DNA from: Desulfobacterales bacterium
GTDB lineage: Bacteria; Desulfobacterota; Desulfobacteria; Desulfobacterales; UBA5852
Direction: 5' to 3'
Length of the DNA stretch: 64,000 nucleotides
Assembly (NCBI GenBank): GCA_963674755.2
Contig: CAXXVS010000001.1
Location: forward strand, 384,001-448,000
The notes beneath the pieces are model-generated. The model was not told the DNA's origin, made no database searches, and saw only the letters and a list, made by a program, of their open reading frames with translations. Positions 21,580 through 31,717 of the stretch are shown piece after piece. The position numbers and the translations under genes are program-made. Every line of letters begins with the position of its first letter. Positions within the stretch are counted from its first letter, which is position 1.

Positions 21580-24348
21580 ATGACCGATCAGAATCAGTTG
21601 GTGATGAACGGCAATACGTTCACGTTTGAACCGGGTGAAACCATTCTCGAGGTGGCCCGGCGCCACAGCATTGACATCCCGACCCTGTGTCATTTGAAGG
21701 GCACTACCCCGACCGGCGCCTGCCGGGTCTGCGTGGTGGAGGTGGCAGGGGCCCGGACCCTCCTGCCGGCCTGTGCCACCCCGGCCGGCAAAAATATGGT
21801 CATCCAGACGGAGTCGCCCAAAGTGGTGGAGGCGCGCCGCACGATTATCAAACTACTCCTGGCCTCGGGCAACCACAATTGTGCGGCCCGCGGGTCGGAC
21901 GAGGGCGATTGGACCGCTTTCCAGCTGGCCGTGGAAGAAGGCGATCGGAGCGACCAGCTCTGCCCGGTATGGGGAGACTGCCGGTTGCAGGATCTGGCCT
22001 ACCGCTACCAGGTGACCGGCGAAGGACTCCCGGGGACGGTGATTCCTTATCCCATCGAAGATGTGAATCCCTTTATCGTGAGGGATTTTTCACGCTGCAT
22101 CCTCTGCGGGCGCTGTGTGCAGGCCTGCAACGAGGTCCAGGTCAACAAAGCGATCAGTTTCGGATTCCGGGGGTCGGAGAGCAAGATCGTGGCCGCCGGC
22201 GACAAGCCCCTCAAGGATTCCGATTGCGTTTTCTGCGGGGAGTGCGTTCAGGCCTGTCCGGTGGGGGCCCTGGTGGAAAAAAAGGTCCGCTACGAGGTGC
22301 GGCCCTGGGAAACCCGCAAGGTGCGCACCACCTGCACCTACTGCGGTGTCGGCTGCCAGATCCATCTGCATGTGCGCGACAACCATGTGGTGAAAGTAAC
22401 CGGTGTGGAGGACGTGGCACCCAACTACGGCAGCCTGTGCGTCAAAGGGCGCTTCGGATACCCGTTTATCGATGCGCCTGACCGGCTGACCAAGCCCCTG
22501 ATCAGGAAAGACGGCGAATTCAAAGAGGCTTCCTGGGACGAGGCCCTGGATTTCGTGGCCGGCAAATTGGCGGCCATCAAGGACAGCCACGGACCGGAAA
22601 GCATCGGCCTGCTGACCTCGGCCCGCATTACGAACGAAGAAAATTATGTGGCTCAGAAGTTTGCCCGGGCGGTGTTGCAAACCAACAATGTGGACCATTG
22701 CGCCCGTCTCTGACATAGCTCCACCGTGGCCGGTCTGGCCGCAGCCTTCGGCAGTGGGGCAATGACCAACACCATCGCCTGTGTCGAGGAAGCCGATGTC
22801 ATTCTGATCACCGGTTCCAACACCACCGAGAATCACCCGGTGATATCGGCCGGGGTCAAGCGGGCCGTATCGTCCGGACGGGCCCGCCTGATCGTGGTGG
22901 ATCCACGCCGCATCAAGGTTGCCGAGTTCGCCGATTGCTATCTGCGGCCCAATCTCGGTACGGATGTGGCCTGGATCAACGGTATGCTCAACGTCATCAT
23001 TAGCGAGAATCTGCAGGATGCGGCCTTTGTCGCGGAACGCACCGAAGCCTTCGAAGAAATGAAGGCCCTGGTGGCGAAGTATACCCCGGACTACGTGGAA
23101 AGCATTACCGGCATTCCGGCCGCGCAGCTGATCGAAGCCGCCCGGCTGTACGCCAAGGCCAAGGTGGGCAACATCATCTATTGTATGGGAATTACCCAGC
23201 ACACCTGCGGCACGGACAACGTCAAATCCCTGGCCAATCTGGCCATGCTGTGCGGCAACCTCGGCATGCGGGGCGGCGGCGTGAACCCTCTGCGGGGCCA
23301 GAACAATGTGCAGGGGGCCTGCGACATGGGCGGCCTTCCCAATGTGTTTACGGCCTACCAGCCGGTGACCAATGAGGATACCAGCCAGAAAATGGCCGCC
23401 GCCTGGGGGGTCGCGCACTTGTCCACCAGCGTCGGCATGAAAGCCACCGACATGATTCCGGCGGCCCACGACGGCCGCCTGAAAGCCCTCTATGTCATCG
23501 GGGAAAATCCGCTGGTGTCCGATCCGGACCTGAATCATGCCGAAGACAGTCTGGCGCATCTCGATTTGCTGGTGGTGCAGGATCTTTTCCTGACCGAAAC
23601 CGCCCGCAAGGCCGACGTGGTGCTGCCCAGCCGGTGTTTCGCTGAAAAGGACGGCACCTTCTCCAACACCGAACGGCGGGTGCAGCGGGTGCGCAAGGCG
23701 GTGGATGCTCCGGGGGAAGCCTGGGACGACTGGAAAATTGTGACGGCCATCGCCGAGCGGATGGGCTATGCCATGACGTATGCCGACAGCGAAGCCATTT
23801 TCGAGGAAATCCGCCAGGTGACGCCCAGCTATGCGGGCATTACTTATGACCGTATTGACAAGGAGGGGCTGCACTGGCCCTGCCTGAACGAAGAACATCC
23901 CGGCACGCCGGTCCTTCACAGCCTGCAGTTCACCCGCGGCAAGGGCCTGTTCCATGCCATCGAATGGCAGCCACCGGTGGAAGTGCCCGACCAGGAGTAC
24001 CCGCTCTATCTGACCACCGGGCGCATCCTTTACCACTACCATACGGGTACCATGACCATGCGTTCGGAAGATCTCATGGAGAGGGCGCCGGAGAGTTTTG
24101 TTGAAATGACGCCCCAGGATGCCGCCGCCCATGGTCTGGCCGATGGCGGCCGGGTCAGCATCGCCTCCCGACGGGGAGCCATCGAAGCCCGGGTGAAGGT
24201 TTCCCGCAAAGCCGTGGCCGGTACGGTGTTCATCCCCTTTCACTTCGCCCAGGGAGCGGCCAATAAATTGACCAACGCCGCCCTGGATCCTGTGTCGGGG
24301 ATTCCCGAATACAAAGTGTGTGCCGTTAAATTGACCCCGGCTCCCTGA
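21580..24348 (+). CDS. Selenocysteine-containing formate dehydrogenase alpha subunit (2Fe-2S/4Fe-4S + Mo/W-bisPGD); Sec at TGA 22711-22713
   Basis: ORFs 21580..22713 and 22726..24348 are in the same frame; DHCARL-U-HSSTVAGL active-site context; RGQNNVQG motif. Confidence 0.95.
22714..22752 (+). promoter_or_regulatory. Putative bacterial SECIS element
   Basis: Hairpin GTGGCC-GGTCT-GGCCGC starting ~12 nt after the in-frame UGA. Confidence 0.7.
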
Positions 24349-24372
24349 CGCGCCGGCCGCATGGAAGAACCA

Positions 24373-24410
24373 AAAAAGCCCCCGGCTTGAATTCAAGCCG
24401 GGGGCTTTTT
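24373..24410. terminator. Bidirectional rho-independent terminator
   Basis: Perfect 38-bp palindrome AAAAAGCCCCCGGCTTGAATTCAAGCCGGGGGCTTTTT between convergent genes. Confidence 0.9.
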
Positions 24411-24487
24411 GATTTTGGGGGCGCCAGCCGTAACATTCCTCAATCGTTTTGCCGTGCCGGGCCGCAGCAGATGTGAGATGCGAAGCG

Positions 24488-25162
24488 CTATTTTTCTTTG
24501 TAACGGGCCGCGTATTCGTCCTGCACGATTATGCGGCGGGTCTGGTTTTGCCACTGCATGGCCGGTTTGATTTTTTTGATGTCGTTCAGACGGTTTTGTG
24601 CTTTCAGGCGGTTGTAGATATCCTGCCATGCGCAGGGGATCTCGTTGCTGACCTCACAGTTGCCGTTATTCGTGCCGCCGCAGGGGCCGTTGAACAGGCC
24701 CTTGGCACAGCGGGTGATCGGGCAGATGCCGCCGGTATAGCCCAGCACGCATTCACCGCAAGCCCGGCAGCGCTCTTCGTAGACGCCGATATTACGATCG
24801 ATGCCGATGGCGATGGTGTTGACCGCCGGAAAGACGGGCTTGTCAGGATAGCGCTCCGCCAGCAGTTGTACGCCGGCGCCGCAGGCCATGGACATCAAAC
24901 CGTCGTAGCGGGCGACGCGCTGGTCCAAATCGGTCAGGAAAGCCTCGTTGCACTGCCGCTCGACGGTAAATCCGTCCACACGGGTCTGGCGATTATCGTT
25001 TTTCAGAGCCAGATTCAGTTTAGCGTTCAGCAGGTTGACTTCCTTCTGGCCGCCGGCCAGGCAGACGGATACGCAGCCCCCGCAACCGACATTCAGCACG
25101 CGGGTATAATTTTCAATCGCCTGCTTGATTTCTTCCAGGGGTTTTCTTTTTGCTTTTACCAC
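24488..25162 (-). CDS. metV: Methylene-THF reductase small (Zn/Fe-S) subunit
   Basis: GCGGCVSVC, ERQC, ACGAG, CRACGECVL...CPITRCAKGLFNGPCGG...CAW; GTG start with GGAGG RBS. Confidence 0.88.
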   Translation of the reverse strand: MVKAKRKPLEEIKQAIENYTRVLNVGCGGCVSVCLAGGQKEVNLLNAKLNLALKNDNRQTRVDGFTVERQCNEAFLTDLDQRVARYDGLMSMACGAGVQLLAERYPDKPVFPAVNTIAIGIDRNIGVYEERCRACGECVLGYTGGICPITRCAKGLFNGPCGGTNNGNCEVSNEIPCAWQDIYNRLKAQNRLNDIKKIKPAMQWQNQTRRIIVQDEYAARYKEK

Positions 25163-25199
25163 TTGCGACCTCCAAGGTGGATGAATTACGGATGCGTGT

Positions 25200-25613
25200 T
25201 TAGTTTCCCGCCCGGTGGCAGTCACCGCACATCTCGGGCCCGGACGGCTGGCCGGATTTGCGGACCGCGATATGGCACCCTATGCATTGGCGGTGAAACG
25301 CGTCCTGCAGATCAGGGTCCGTCTGGTCGTTGTGACAATTTGCGCACTGAATGGCCGGATTGCCTTCTTCCAGGGTATCCTCGTCCAGCACGTTCACCCC
25401 ATCCTGGTAATCGTGGTGGCAATCCAGGCACTCATAAAGTCCCATGTGCACTTCATGAGGGAAAATCACGGGTGACCGTTGCGCTTCCCCGGGGTTCCCC
25501 ATGCTCAGCTCGATTTCCTCCTCCTGGGCTAAGGCGACGGTCACCGGAATCAGGCCGATGATGGCGATAATGGCGGCTGCCGCCCATATCAGGGATCGCT
25601 TGTTCCACGTCAT
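25200..25613 (-). CDS. Acidic tetraheme class III cytochrome c (TmcA/cytochrome c3-like)
   Basis: Signal peptide; FPHEVH; four CxxCH motifs (CLDCH, CANCH, CIGCH, CGDCH). Confidence 0.9.
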   Translation of the reverse strand: MTWNKRSLIWAAAAIIAIIGLIPVTVALAQEEEIELSMGNPGEAQRSPVIFPHEVHMGLYECLDCHHDYQDGVNVLDEDTLEEGNPAIQCANCHNDQTDPDLQDAFHRQCIGCHIAVRKSGQPSGPEMCGDCHRAGN

Positions 25614-25694
25614 TGCTGTTGCCGTACCTTTCTTTGCGGGCTTACCGTATGCTGAAGGCGCTTTCAATCGACTTGCCATTCGCAGGGGGCTCTA

Positions 25695-26090
25695 TTAAGC
25701 CGGTTGCTCAAGTTCGCTCCACTGGAAATAGACCTCCTGGGAGCGGCAGATGTCGCGCGCCAGGGCGATCATCTCGGGTATGTCGATGCCCAGCGGACAG
25801 TAGCAGCGTGTGCACAGCACGCATCGCCGCCACACAATTTCTTTGATTTCTTCGAGACCCGCCCGATCCACCGCGCCTTTTTTCTTGTAGAGCCTCCCGA
25901 TGGAATTGATAAACTTGTGGGAGGGCATGTAGCGGGGGTCCTTGTCGTTGACATGGTATAAAAAGCAGCTGTCCGCACAGAGGCTGCAGTGGGCGCACAC
26001 CCGCAGTGCGGTTTTCATTTTGTCCTTGTGCTGATCCAGCATGCGCCGGATTTCGTTCTGATCAACGGGAGCTTGTTCGTTTGCGCTCAT
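25695..26090 (-). CDS. Small 2x[4Fe-4S] protein resembling the TmcB/HmcF N-terminus, without a CCG domain
   Basis: CAHCSLCADSC and CVLCTRCYCPLGID motifs; 131 aa. Confidence 0.8.
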   Translation of the reverse strand: MSANEQAPVDQNEIRRMLDQHKDKMKTALRVCAHCSLCADSCFLYHVNDKDPRYMPSHKFINSIGRLYKKKGAVDRAGLEEIKEIVWRRCVLCTRCYCPLGIDIPEMIALARDICRSQEVYFQWSELEQPA

Positions 26091-26115
26091 TGCTGTCTCC
26101 ACGGGTCGGCGGTGC

Positions 26116-26799
26116 CTATCGCCAAATGCGGCTTCCGCCGGCACCGAGGGTGTTCTCGTGTACCAGCACGAACCGGTTGATGAAAAAATAGGGCATATGC
26201 ACCAGCTTGGTGAATGGTATGGCCATCAGCATGATTTCGCCGGCCAGCATGTGCAGCACGATGACCGTGTCGTAGTCGAACAATTGATGGTAGGCCAGAA
26301 ACCCCGTCACAAACGGTGCGGTCGCTATGAGCAGCACCAGATAATCGTAGGGTGTCGAAATGGCGCGCACGCGGTCCAGGAAAATGCGGCGCAGGAGAAA
26401 GAAAATGCCGCCGGCGATCACCACGACGGTGAAGCCGTCGCCCAGCACTTCCGGCAAGCTGGGCAGGCTGGCATGCCAGGCCACGTCCAAGAGAACATTA
26501 TGTCCCAGAACGAAAAAGGGGGTCAAAACCAGGAACAGGTGGAAGATGGTGGTAACTGCCGTCATGATCGGGTTGACACCGACCACGCTCAGCCGCACCT
26601 GCTGCCACCATGTTAACACGGGTTCGGCCGGGGTCTCGTCTGGCTCTTTGGGCGGTTTGCCGAACGGGATCCGCAGGCGGAAAGGCTCTTTCGGCCGGCT
26701 TAAACGGTAAAAGCGGTAGATTTGATAAGCCGTGCCGAAGATGAAAACCAGAAAGGCGACCCACACCAATGGTCCCCTGATAAAATCGTACATGGACAT
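26116..26799 (-). CDS. NarI-like heme-b membrane subunit (TmcC/HmcE-like)
   Basis: YDFIRGPLVWVAF start, about five TM helices, conserved His (FH, GHN, YH, LH), IPFTKLVH. Confidence 0.85.
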   Translation of the reverse strand: MSMYDFIRGPLVWVAFLVFIFGTAYQIYRFYRLSRPKEPFRLRIPFGKPPKEPDETPAEPVLTWWQQVRLSVVGVNPIMTAVTTIFHLFLVLTPFFVLGHNVLLDVAWHASLPSLPEVLGDGFTVVVIAGGIFFLLRRIFLDRVRAISTPYDYLVLLIATAPFVTGFLAYHQLFDYDTVIVLHMLAGEIMLMAIPFTKLVHMPYFFINRFVLVHENTLGAGGSRIWR

Positions 26800-26881
26800 C
26801 TCCCGAATCGTTCAGCCCTTATGGCCGGGCGAAAAGGGCGCGCATGGCAAGACAGCCCGCTGCGATGCGGCGCCCCGATGG

Positions 26882-27802
26882 TTAGACTTGCGGTCGGGGG
26901 AGGACGCCGGCGCGCTCGGCGATTTCCGGAACCCGGTGCTCCCACTCGATGGCCATGAGATGCACGCCGGCAACGCCTTTCATTTCCTTGAATTCTTCAA
27001 TCTGTTCGCAGGCCATTTTGATGCCTTCATCGGCCTGTTTTTTCTTGTCCACTCCCTGGAGGCGCTTGATGATGTCATCGGGCACATCCATGCCCGGCAC
27101 CTTGCTCTTCATGTAGCGCGCCATACCGAGGCTCTTCATGGGGGTGACGCCGGCCAGGATATAAACTTTTTCGGTGAGCCCCATGTCGTTGGCCTGACGG
27201 ACCCATTCCCGCATCTTCTCCATGTTGTAGATGCATTGGGTCTGAACGAAATCCGCCCCGGCTTCCACTTTTTTGGCCAGGCGGTGAACACGCCACTCGA
27301 AAGGTTCCGCGAAAGGATTGGCCGCCGCCCCGATAAACATCTGGGGCGGGCCGTCGATTTTGGCGCCGCTCAGGAAAAGGCCCTCATCGCGCATGCGTTT
27401 GGTCATGCCGATCAATTGGATGGAGTCGATGTCATAGACGCCTTTGGCGTTGGGATGATCGCCGAATTGCTGATGATCGCCGGAAAGGCAGAGCATGTTG
27501 CGAATCCCGTGCGCATAAGCGCCCAGGATATCGGCCTGCATGGCCAAGCGGTTCCGGTCGCGGCAGACCATCTGGTAGTTCGGCTCGAGCCCCTCCTGAA
27601 TGGCGACCAGGGCGGCGGCCCAGCTAGACATGCGCACCATCGCGGTCTGGTTGTCGGTGATATTCACCGAGTCCACCATCCCTTTCAGTGGGGCGGCCTT
27701 TTCACGAACCGCTTCGACATTCGAACCTCGAGGTGGTCCCAATTCCCCGGTAAATGCGAAGTGCCCTGCGTTGAGAATTTTGGCAAGTCTGCTCTCACTC
27801 AT
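26882..27802 (-). CDS. metF: Methylenetetrahydrofolate reductase (MetV-associated type)
   Basis: ELGPPRG, NITDN, CRDRNRLAMQ, LSGDH, KKVEAGADFVQTQ. Confidence 0.93.
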   Translation of the reverse strand: MSESRLAKILNAGHFAFTGELGPPRGSNVEAVREKAAPLKGMVDSVNITDNQTAMVRMSSWAAALVAIQEGLEPNYQMVCRDRNRLAMQADILGAYAHGIRNMLCLSGDHQQFGDHPNAKGVYDIDSIQLIGMTKRMRDEGLFLSGAKIDGPPQMFIGAAANPFAEPFEWRVHRLAKKVEAGADFVQTQCIYNMEKMREWVRQANDMGLTEKVYILAGVTPMKSLGMARYMKSKVPGMDVPDDIIKRLQGVDKKKQADEGIKMACEQIEEFKEMKGVAGVHLMAIEWEHRVPEIAERAGVLPRPQV

Positions 27803-27895
27803 AAATTGTCCCTCTGTTCACAATGCGGTCCAGGCGTTGGTGATCAGTTGTTGCGACGTTAGCGGTCACGATGACCCTATAGCAGCTGTCAAGAA

Positions 27896-27913
27896 TTTTA
27901 AAATATGTCACAA
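27896..27913 (-). promoter_or_regulatory. Possible Rex-like operator between two TTGACA hexamers upstream of metF
   Basis: TTGTGACATATTTTAAAA versus TTGTGAAnnnnTTCACAA (11 of 14 consensus positions). Confidence 0.3.
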
Positions 27914-28317
27914 GATCCGCCGTAGTGTCAAGACGATGGGGCGATCTGTAATAAGAATATCTGTCCGGAATAAATGAAGCAATATGAACAAGATCCATGT
28001 ATTGAATTGCATTCAATTATTAGGGCGTGACCGGTCCTGCGGGTCGGCGGCAGAGATGTCCCGGCGGTGCTTTTGGGGGCACATGCCGGTATTCCGCCAG
28101 AGCCTTTGCTTCCGGGCGTAATTCTGACCGATAGACCCGTCATGGGGTTTGCGTTCTGATCTATTCGGAAGATGGCGAGAGCGCCGGAAGTCTTGGGGGC
28201 AACTTTTAATGCGGTTTAATCCGCCAAAGGCGGACAAGGGGTTAATATGTCTTCGCTTGCGGCGTTGGATGGCCTTTATCGATACGCAGCTGCTTTGCGA
28301 CGGGGCAGTTCATTGGG

Positions 28318-28614
28318 TTATGCCCCGATGAGTTTGACCAGCACACGTTTTTTCCGCCGCCCGTCGAACTCGCCGTAGAAGATCCGCTCCCAGGTTCCGA
28401 AATCCAAGCGGCCCTCGGTGATGGCCACGACGACCTCGCGTCCCATGATCTGGCGCTTCATGTGCGCGTCGGCATTGTCTTCGCCGACATTGTGCCGGTA
28501 TTGCTCCACCGGTGTATGGGGGGCCAGCTTCTCCAGCCAGACATCATAGTCGTGATGCAGACCGGATTCATCATCGTTGATAAACACCGAGGCCGTAATG
28601 TGCATGGCGTTGAC
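28318..28614 (-). pseudogene. yjbQ: 3' part of the host yjbQ (UPF0047) gene, split by the integrated element
   Basis: [18 protein letters not shown]...NADAHMKR...GEFDGRR; continues in frame from the 5' part at 39512..39636. Confidence 0.93.
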
Positions 28615-30202
28615 TAAGGCTATCATAAACGGCCTGAGAAAACTCAACCGACAGGCCCATTTCTTCGGCAAGCTGAACGGGATCTAAGCCCCCTTGCCGC
28701 AATAGTCCCTCCAAGCCGCCGAGCACGCCACGGATCGAATAGGCAACCTGGCCATCCTCGGTTTTCGACACATACACGCCCAGGCGTCTCCCCTCGGCAT
28801 CGTGGCCATCAAAAAAGGTTTGGACCAGCTTGCGTTTTTCTTCAAAGGTCATTTTGGCAATACGGCCCGGCCGGTTGAAAATCGATTCAAGCATCCGTTT
28901 GGCCAGGGTAGCCTGCTTTTTGATTTGCGCCTTTGTCGGGACGCCCTGGGTCTGAGTATCAATAGCCTCAACAGCGCTTTTTAGGGATTCAATCTGTTTG
29001 CGGATGGTGGTCATCCGCTCGGTGGCTTCCTCATCGGAGAGGATGCCCTTGCCTATGGCTTTGACAATGTTTTCCTTCTCGGCATTGGCAGTCTTCAATT
29101 CCTTTTGGAGGGTTTGCCGCTGGGCCAGCAGGCTATCAACCTTGGCGGTATCGGGAATGGCGCGGGCCAGGGCCGCCTCCAAACCGGTGGAATCTCCCGC
29201 GAGGGCAAACAGCTTAAAGAATACAGCCGTTTCAAGCTCATCCGCACGCACCCAGAAGCTCTCATCGCACTTCGCCTTACGCCCACGCGGGTGCCGGTAA
29301 TAGCTGGTGGTGGCGTGGTTAGTTTGGCCAAACATGGCATTGCCGCAGTCGGCGCAGAAAATCACACGGGATAAAAGGTATTTGTTTTTGTACTGGCCGT
29401 GATAGTAGGTCTTGTTAGCGGCGGCTCGCTTTTTGATCTTCTCGATGGTTTCCTCGGGCAGAAGCCGTGGAATTTTGATTATGACGGTTTCATCAACGGC
29501 AACCCGTTTAGCCCGATAGCGCACTTCCCAATTGTCGCCGCACCGTCTGGTCAGCGTTTTCCACAAGCTGACGTGATTCATCCCAAGGGTGGCGGCCAGC
29601 TTGGGGATTTGATCCCCTTGGAGGTAGCGCTCGGCGGCCCAGACTATTTTCCCTCGCTTTTCCTCATCAATACCCCAGGTCTCCGTCTCTTTATTGAAGG
29701 TGCGTCCGTAGGGAAGCTTGCCGCTGGTGGGCACGCCCCGTTTGGCGCGGGCGATGCGGTTGTTGATGGATTTGCGGGTTTGTTCCAGCGCCACAAATTC
29801 ATTGATTTCCGTCGCCATCCCAAGAAACAGGGTGTCCGCCGGTTTATAAAGATCGTACTCGCTCTGGCCGGCGAAAAACCGGACGCCGGCCTTGCGCAGG
29901 ATTTCCAAGCCCTGTTTGGAATTTCCGTTGTCACGGCTCCAGCGGGAGGCGTCGCACACAATCACGGCGTCAAAGCGGTCCCGGTCGGCATCCTTTAATA
30001 GCTGATCAAGCTTTTTACGTTCAAAGGTGGCGGTGGCATGTTCCTGGCCGCTGTAGCGCCAGGGGTCGTCAATAAGGTTACCGCCCAGGGCTTTGACCGC
30101 AGCGGTGATTTCTTCCTTTTGGGTCCGTAGCGATTCGCCCCTTTGGGCTTGGCCTTCGGTGCTCACCCTAACCAAGGGGGCGAACCGTAGTGATTTTTGC
30201 AT
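28571..30202 (-). CDS. Large serine recombinase (integrase)
   Basis: RVST catalytic Ser, DASRWSR, KLPYG recombinase domain, CADC zinc ribbon, coiled coil. Confidence 0.95.
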   Translation of the reverse strand: MQKSLRFAPLVRVSTEGQAQRGESLRTQKEEITAAVKALGGNLIDDPWRYSGQEHATATFERKKLDQLLKDADRDRFDAVIVCDASRWSRDNGNSKQGLEILRKAGVRFFAGQSEYDLYKPADTLFLGMATEINEFVALEQTRKSINNRIARAKRGVPTSGKLPYGRTFNKETETWGIDEEKRGKIVWAAERYLQGDQIPKLAATLGMNHVSLWKTLTRRCGDNWEVRYRAKRVAVDETVIIKIPRLLPEETIEKIKKRAAANKTYYHGQYKNKYLLSRVIFCADCGNAMFGQTNHATTSYYRHPRGRKAKCDESFWVRADELETAVFFKLFALAGDSTGLEAALARAIPDTAKVDSLLAQRQTLQKELKTANAEKENIVKAIGKGILSDEEATERMTTIRKQIESLKSAVEAIDTQTQGVPTKAQIKKQATLAKRMLESIFNRPGRIAKMTFEEKRKLVQTFFDGHDAEGRRLGVYVSKTEDGQVAYSIRGVLGGLEGLLRQGGLDPVQLAEEMGLSVEFSQAVYDSLSQRHAHYGLGVYQR

Positions 30203-30217
30203 AGTGGCCTCCCCTGG

Positions 30218-30634
30218 TCATTCTCCGATAATTTTCACGAGCACCCGTTTTCTGCGCCGACCATCAAACTCACCATAGAAAATCCGTTCCCAGGTGCCGA
30301 AGTCCAAACGGCCGTCCGTAATGGCCACCACGACTTCACGCCCCATGATTTGCCGCTTCATGTGGGCGTCGGCATTATCCTCGCCAACATTATGCCGGTA
30401 TTGGGAAACCGGTTCGTGGGGGGCCAGCTTTTCCAGCCATACGTCGTAGTCGTGATGCAGCCCGGATTCGTCATCGTTGATGAAAACCGAGGCCGTGATG
30501 TGCATCGCGTTACAAAGTACGAGCCCCTCCTTAACGCCGCTTTCATCGATGCATTTCTGAACGTCGGGGGTTATGTTGATAAAGGCCCGCCGGGTGGGCA
30601 CGTTGAACCAAAGCTCTTTGCGGTAGCTTTTCAT
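30218..30634 (-). CDS. yjbQ: Element-borne intact YjbQ (secondary thiamine-phosphate synthase family, UPF0047)
   Basis: 138 aa, full length, highly similar in protein to the reconstituted host gene; 15 bp upstream of the integrase. Confidence 0.93.
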   Translation of the reverse strand: MKSYRKELWFNVPTRRAFINITPDVQKCIDESGVKEGLVLCNAMHITASVFINDDESGLHHDYDVWLEKLAPHEPVSQYRHNVGEDNADAHMKRQIMGREVVVAITDGRLDFGTWERIFYGEFDGRRRKRVLVKIIGE

Positions 30635-30778
30635 GGTTAAACCTCAATAGTTGGGCTTGGTTGGGGTTTAGCGCCGTCCAGATGCCTAAATCGGCTGCGT
30701 CAGATCGCGCAGGTTAAACGATCGCCAGGCGGCGCGAGGGGTTATATGAGCTAAAATCGGCCCTTAACCAGGGCGATG

Positions 30779-31468
30779 TCAGGCGTTGCCGCCCCAGAGG
30801 CCCTTGACCTGTTCGGCCAATTGTTCCTTTGTCACATCAGCATAAACAAGCGTTGAGGAAATGGAAACGTGGCGCAGTTGTTTTTGGACCGCACGCAGAT
30901 CCCGCTGCCGGGAATAAAGCTCAACGCCATAGGAGTGCCGCAGGGCATGAACGCTTTTGCCCGGCTCGTAAAGGCCGAGGCGGCGAAGGTATTTTTTGAC
31001 GATGAGTTGGATGGCCTGGGCAGTCCACGCCCCCCGCTGCCCGATGAAAAGGAAATCATCGGGGCCGGTGGGCTCGCTGCGGTCAGCCTTCCACCTGATA
31101 AAGGCTTTAAGGTGTTTTTTCAAGCTTTCCGGGATTACCACATGGCCGCTGATGCTGTCCTTCCCGTTGCGGACGAAAATAGCGCTCTCACCATAACCCG
31201 CCTTTACGTCCCCGCAGCGTAGGTCGGCCGCCTCGCTCACGCGCAACCCCGTTGATGTAAGCAAGTCCACCACCATCCATTCGCGCACAGCTGTCACACG
31301 GCCCTTTTGCTGACCCAGCTCAGCGGCATCCCGCACAGTACGACGCAGGAGGCGGATTTGTGGGGCGGTGAAATACTTAATGCCATCCACGTTGCGGGGC
31401 GGGCGCTTGGTTTGGACCGCCCGGCCGCGCAGGGCGCCTGGAAATGACACTACCTTTTGATGCTCCAT
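30779..31468 (-). CDS. Tyrosine recombinase (compact, catalytic-domain type)
   Basis: TGLRVSE (R), NGK (K), HALRH (HxxR), LRH, VYA (Y). Confidence 0.93.
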   Translation of the reverse strand: MEHQKVVSFPGALRGRAVQTKRPPRNVDGIKYFTAPQIRLLRRTVRDAAELGQQKGRVTAVREWMVVDLLTSTGLRVSEAADLRCGDVKAGYGESAIFVRNGKDSISGHVVIPESLKKHLKAFIRWKADRSEPTGPDDFLFIGQRGAWTAQAIQLIVKKYLRRLGLYEPGKSVHALRHSYGVELYSRQRDLRAVQKQLRHVSISSTLVYADVTKEQLAEQVKGLWGGNA

Positions 31469-31662
31469 GCCGGTTGCCTCCTTAATTTGATAAGTTTTCC
31501 TTTAAGTTTATGAGCAGTATTTTGCCAGGAAAGCATTGCCAGTTAAGGGTACGCAAATCACTTCTTAAAAGTTTTGGGGTAAATTATTTAGAGTTATAAG
31601 GCGACAAATGAGAGAAGTAAAGTAGTATTTAGAGCATATACCCGGACGGCTGTTTAGAATAT

Positions 31663-31699
31663 AAAAGGCGCCGCGAGATAGTGAAATCCCGGGCGCCTT
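31663..31699 (-). terminator. Probable terminator after the Lys/Ala-rich gene
   Basis: AAGGCGCC...GGCGCCTT stem followed by a T-run on the minus strand. Confidence 0.6.
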
Positions 31700-31717
31700 G
31701 TGCTGCTATGGGGGCGG

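Noticed and set aside
22711..22725. FDH as a nonsense-disrupted pseudogene or as two genes
   Set aside because: The stop is UGA at the canonical Cys/Sec ligand position, the frame continues, and a SECIS-like hairpin follows
22090..24396. 768-aa minus-strand ORF and similar long antisense ORFs (e.g. 18968..20455, 58790..60538, 61810..63189, 9170..10513)
   Set aside because: Shadows of high-GC coding genes on the opposite strand; no recognisable motifs
28218..28236. CCGCCAAAGGCGG short palindrome as an element boundary
   Set aside because: It lies outside the att-defined ends; more likely a small REP-like hairpin or terminator
28318..28671. 117-aa ORF as an independent yjbQ paralog
   Set aside because: Its N-terminus is integrase-derived sequence beyond the att core; it is the 3' half of the split host gene
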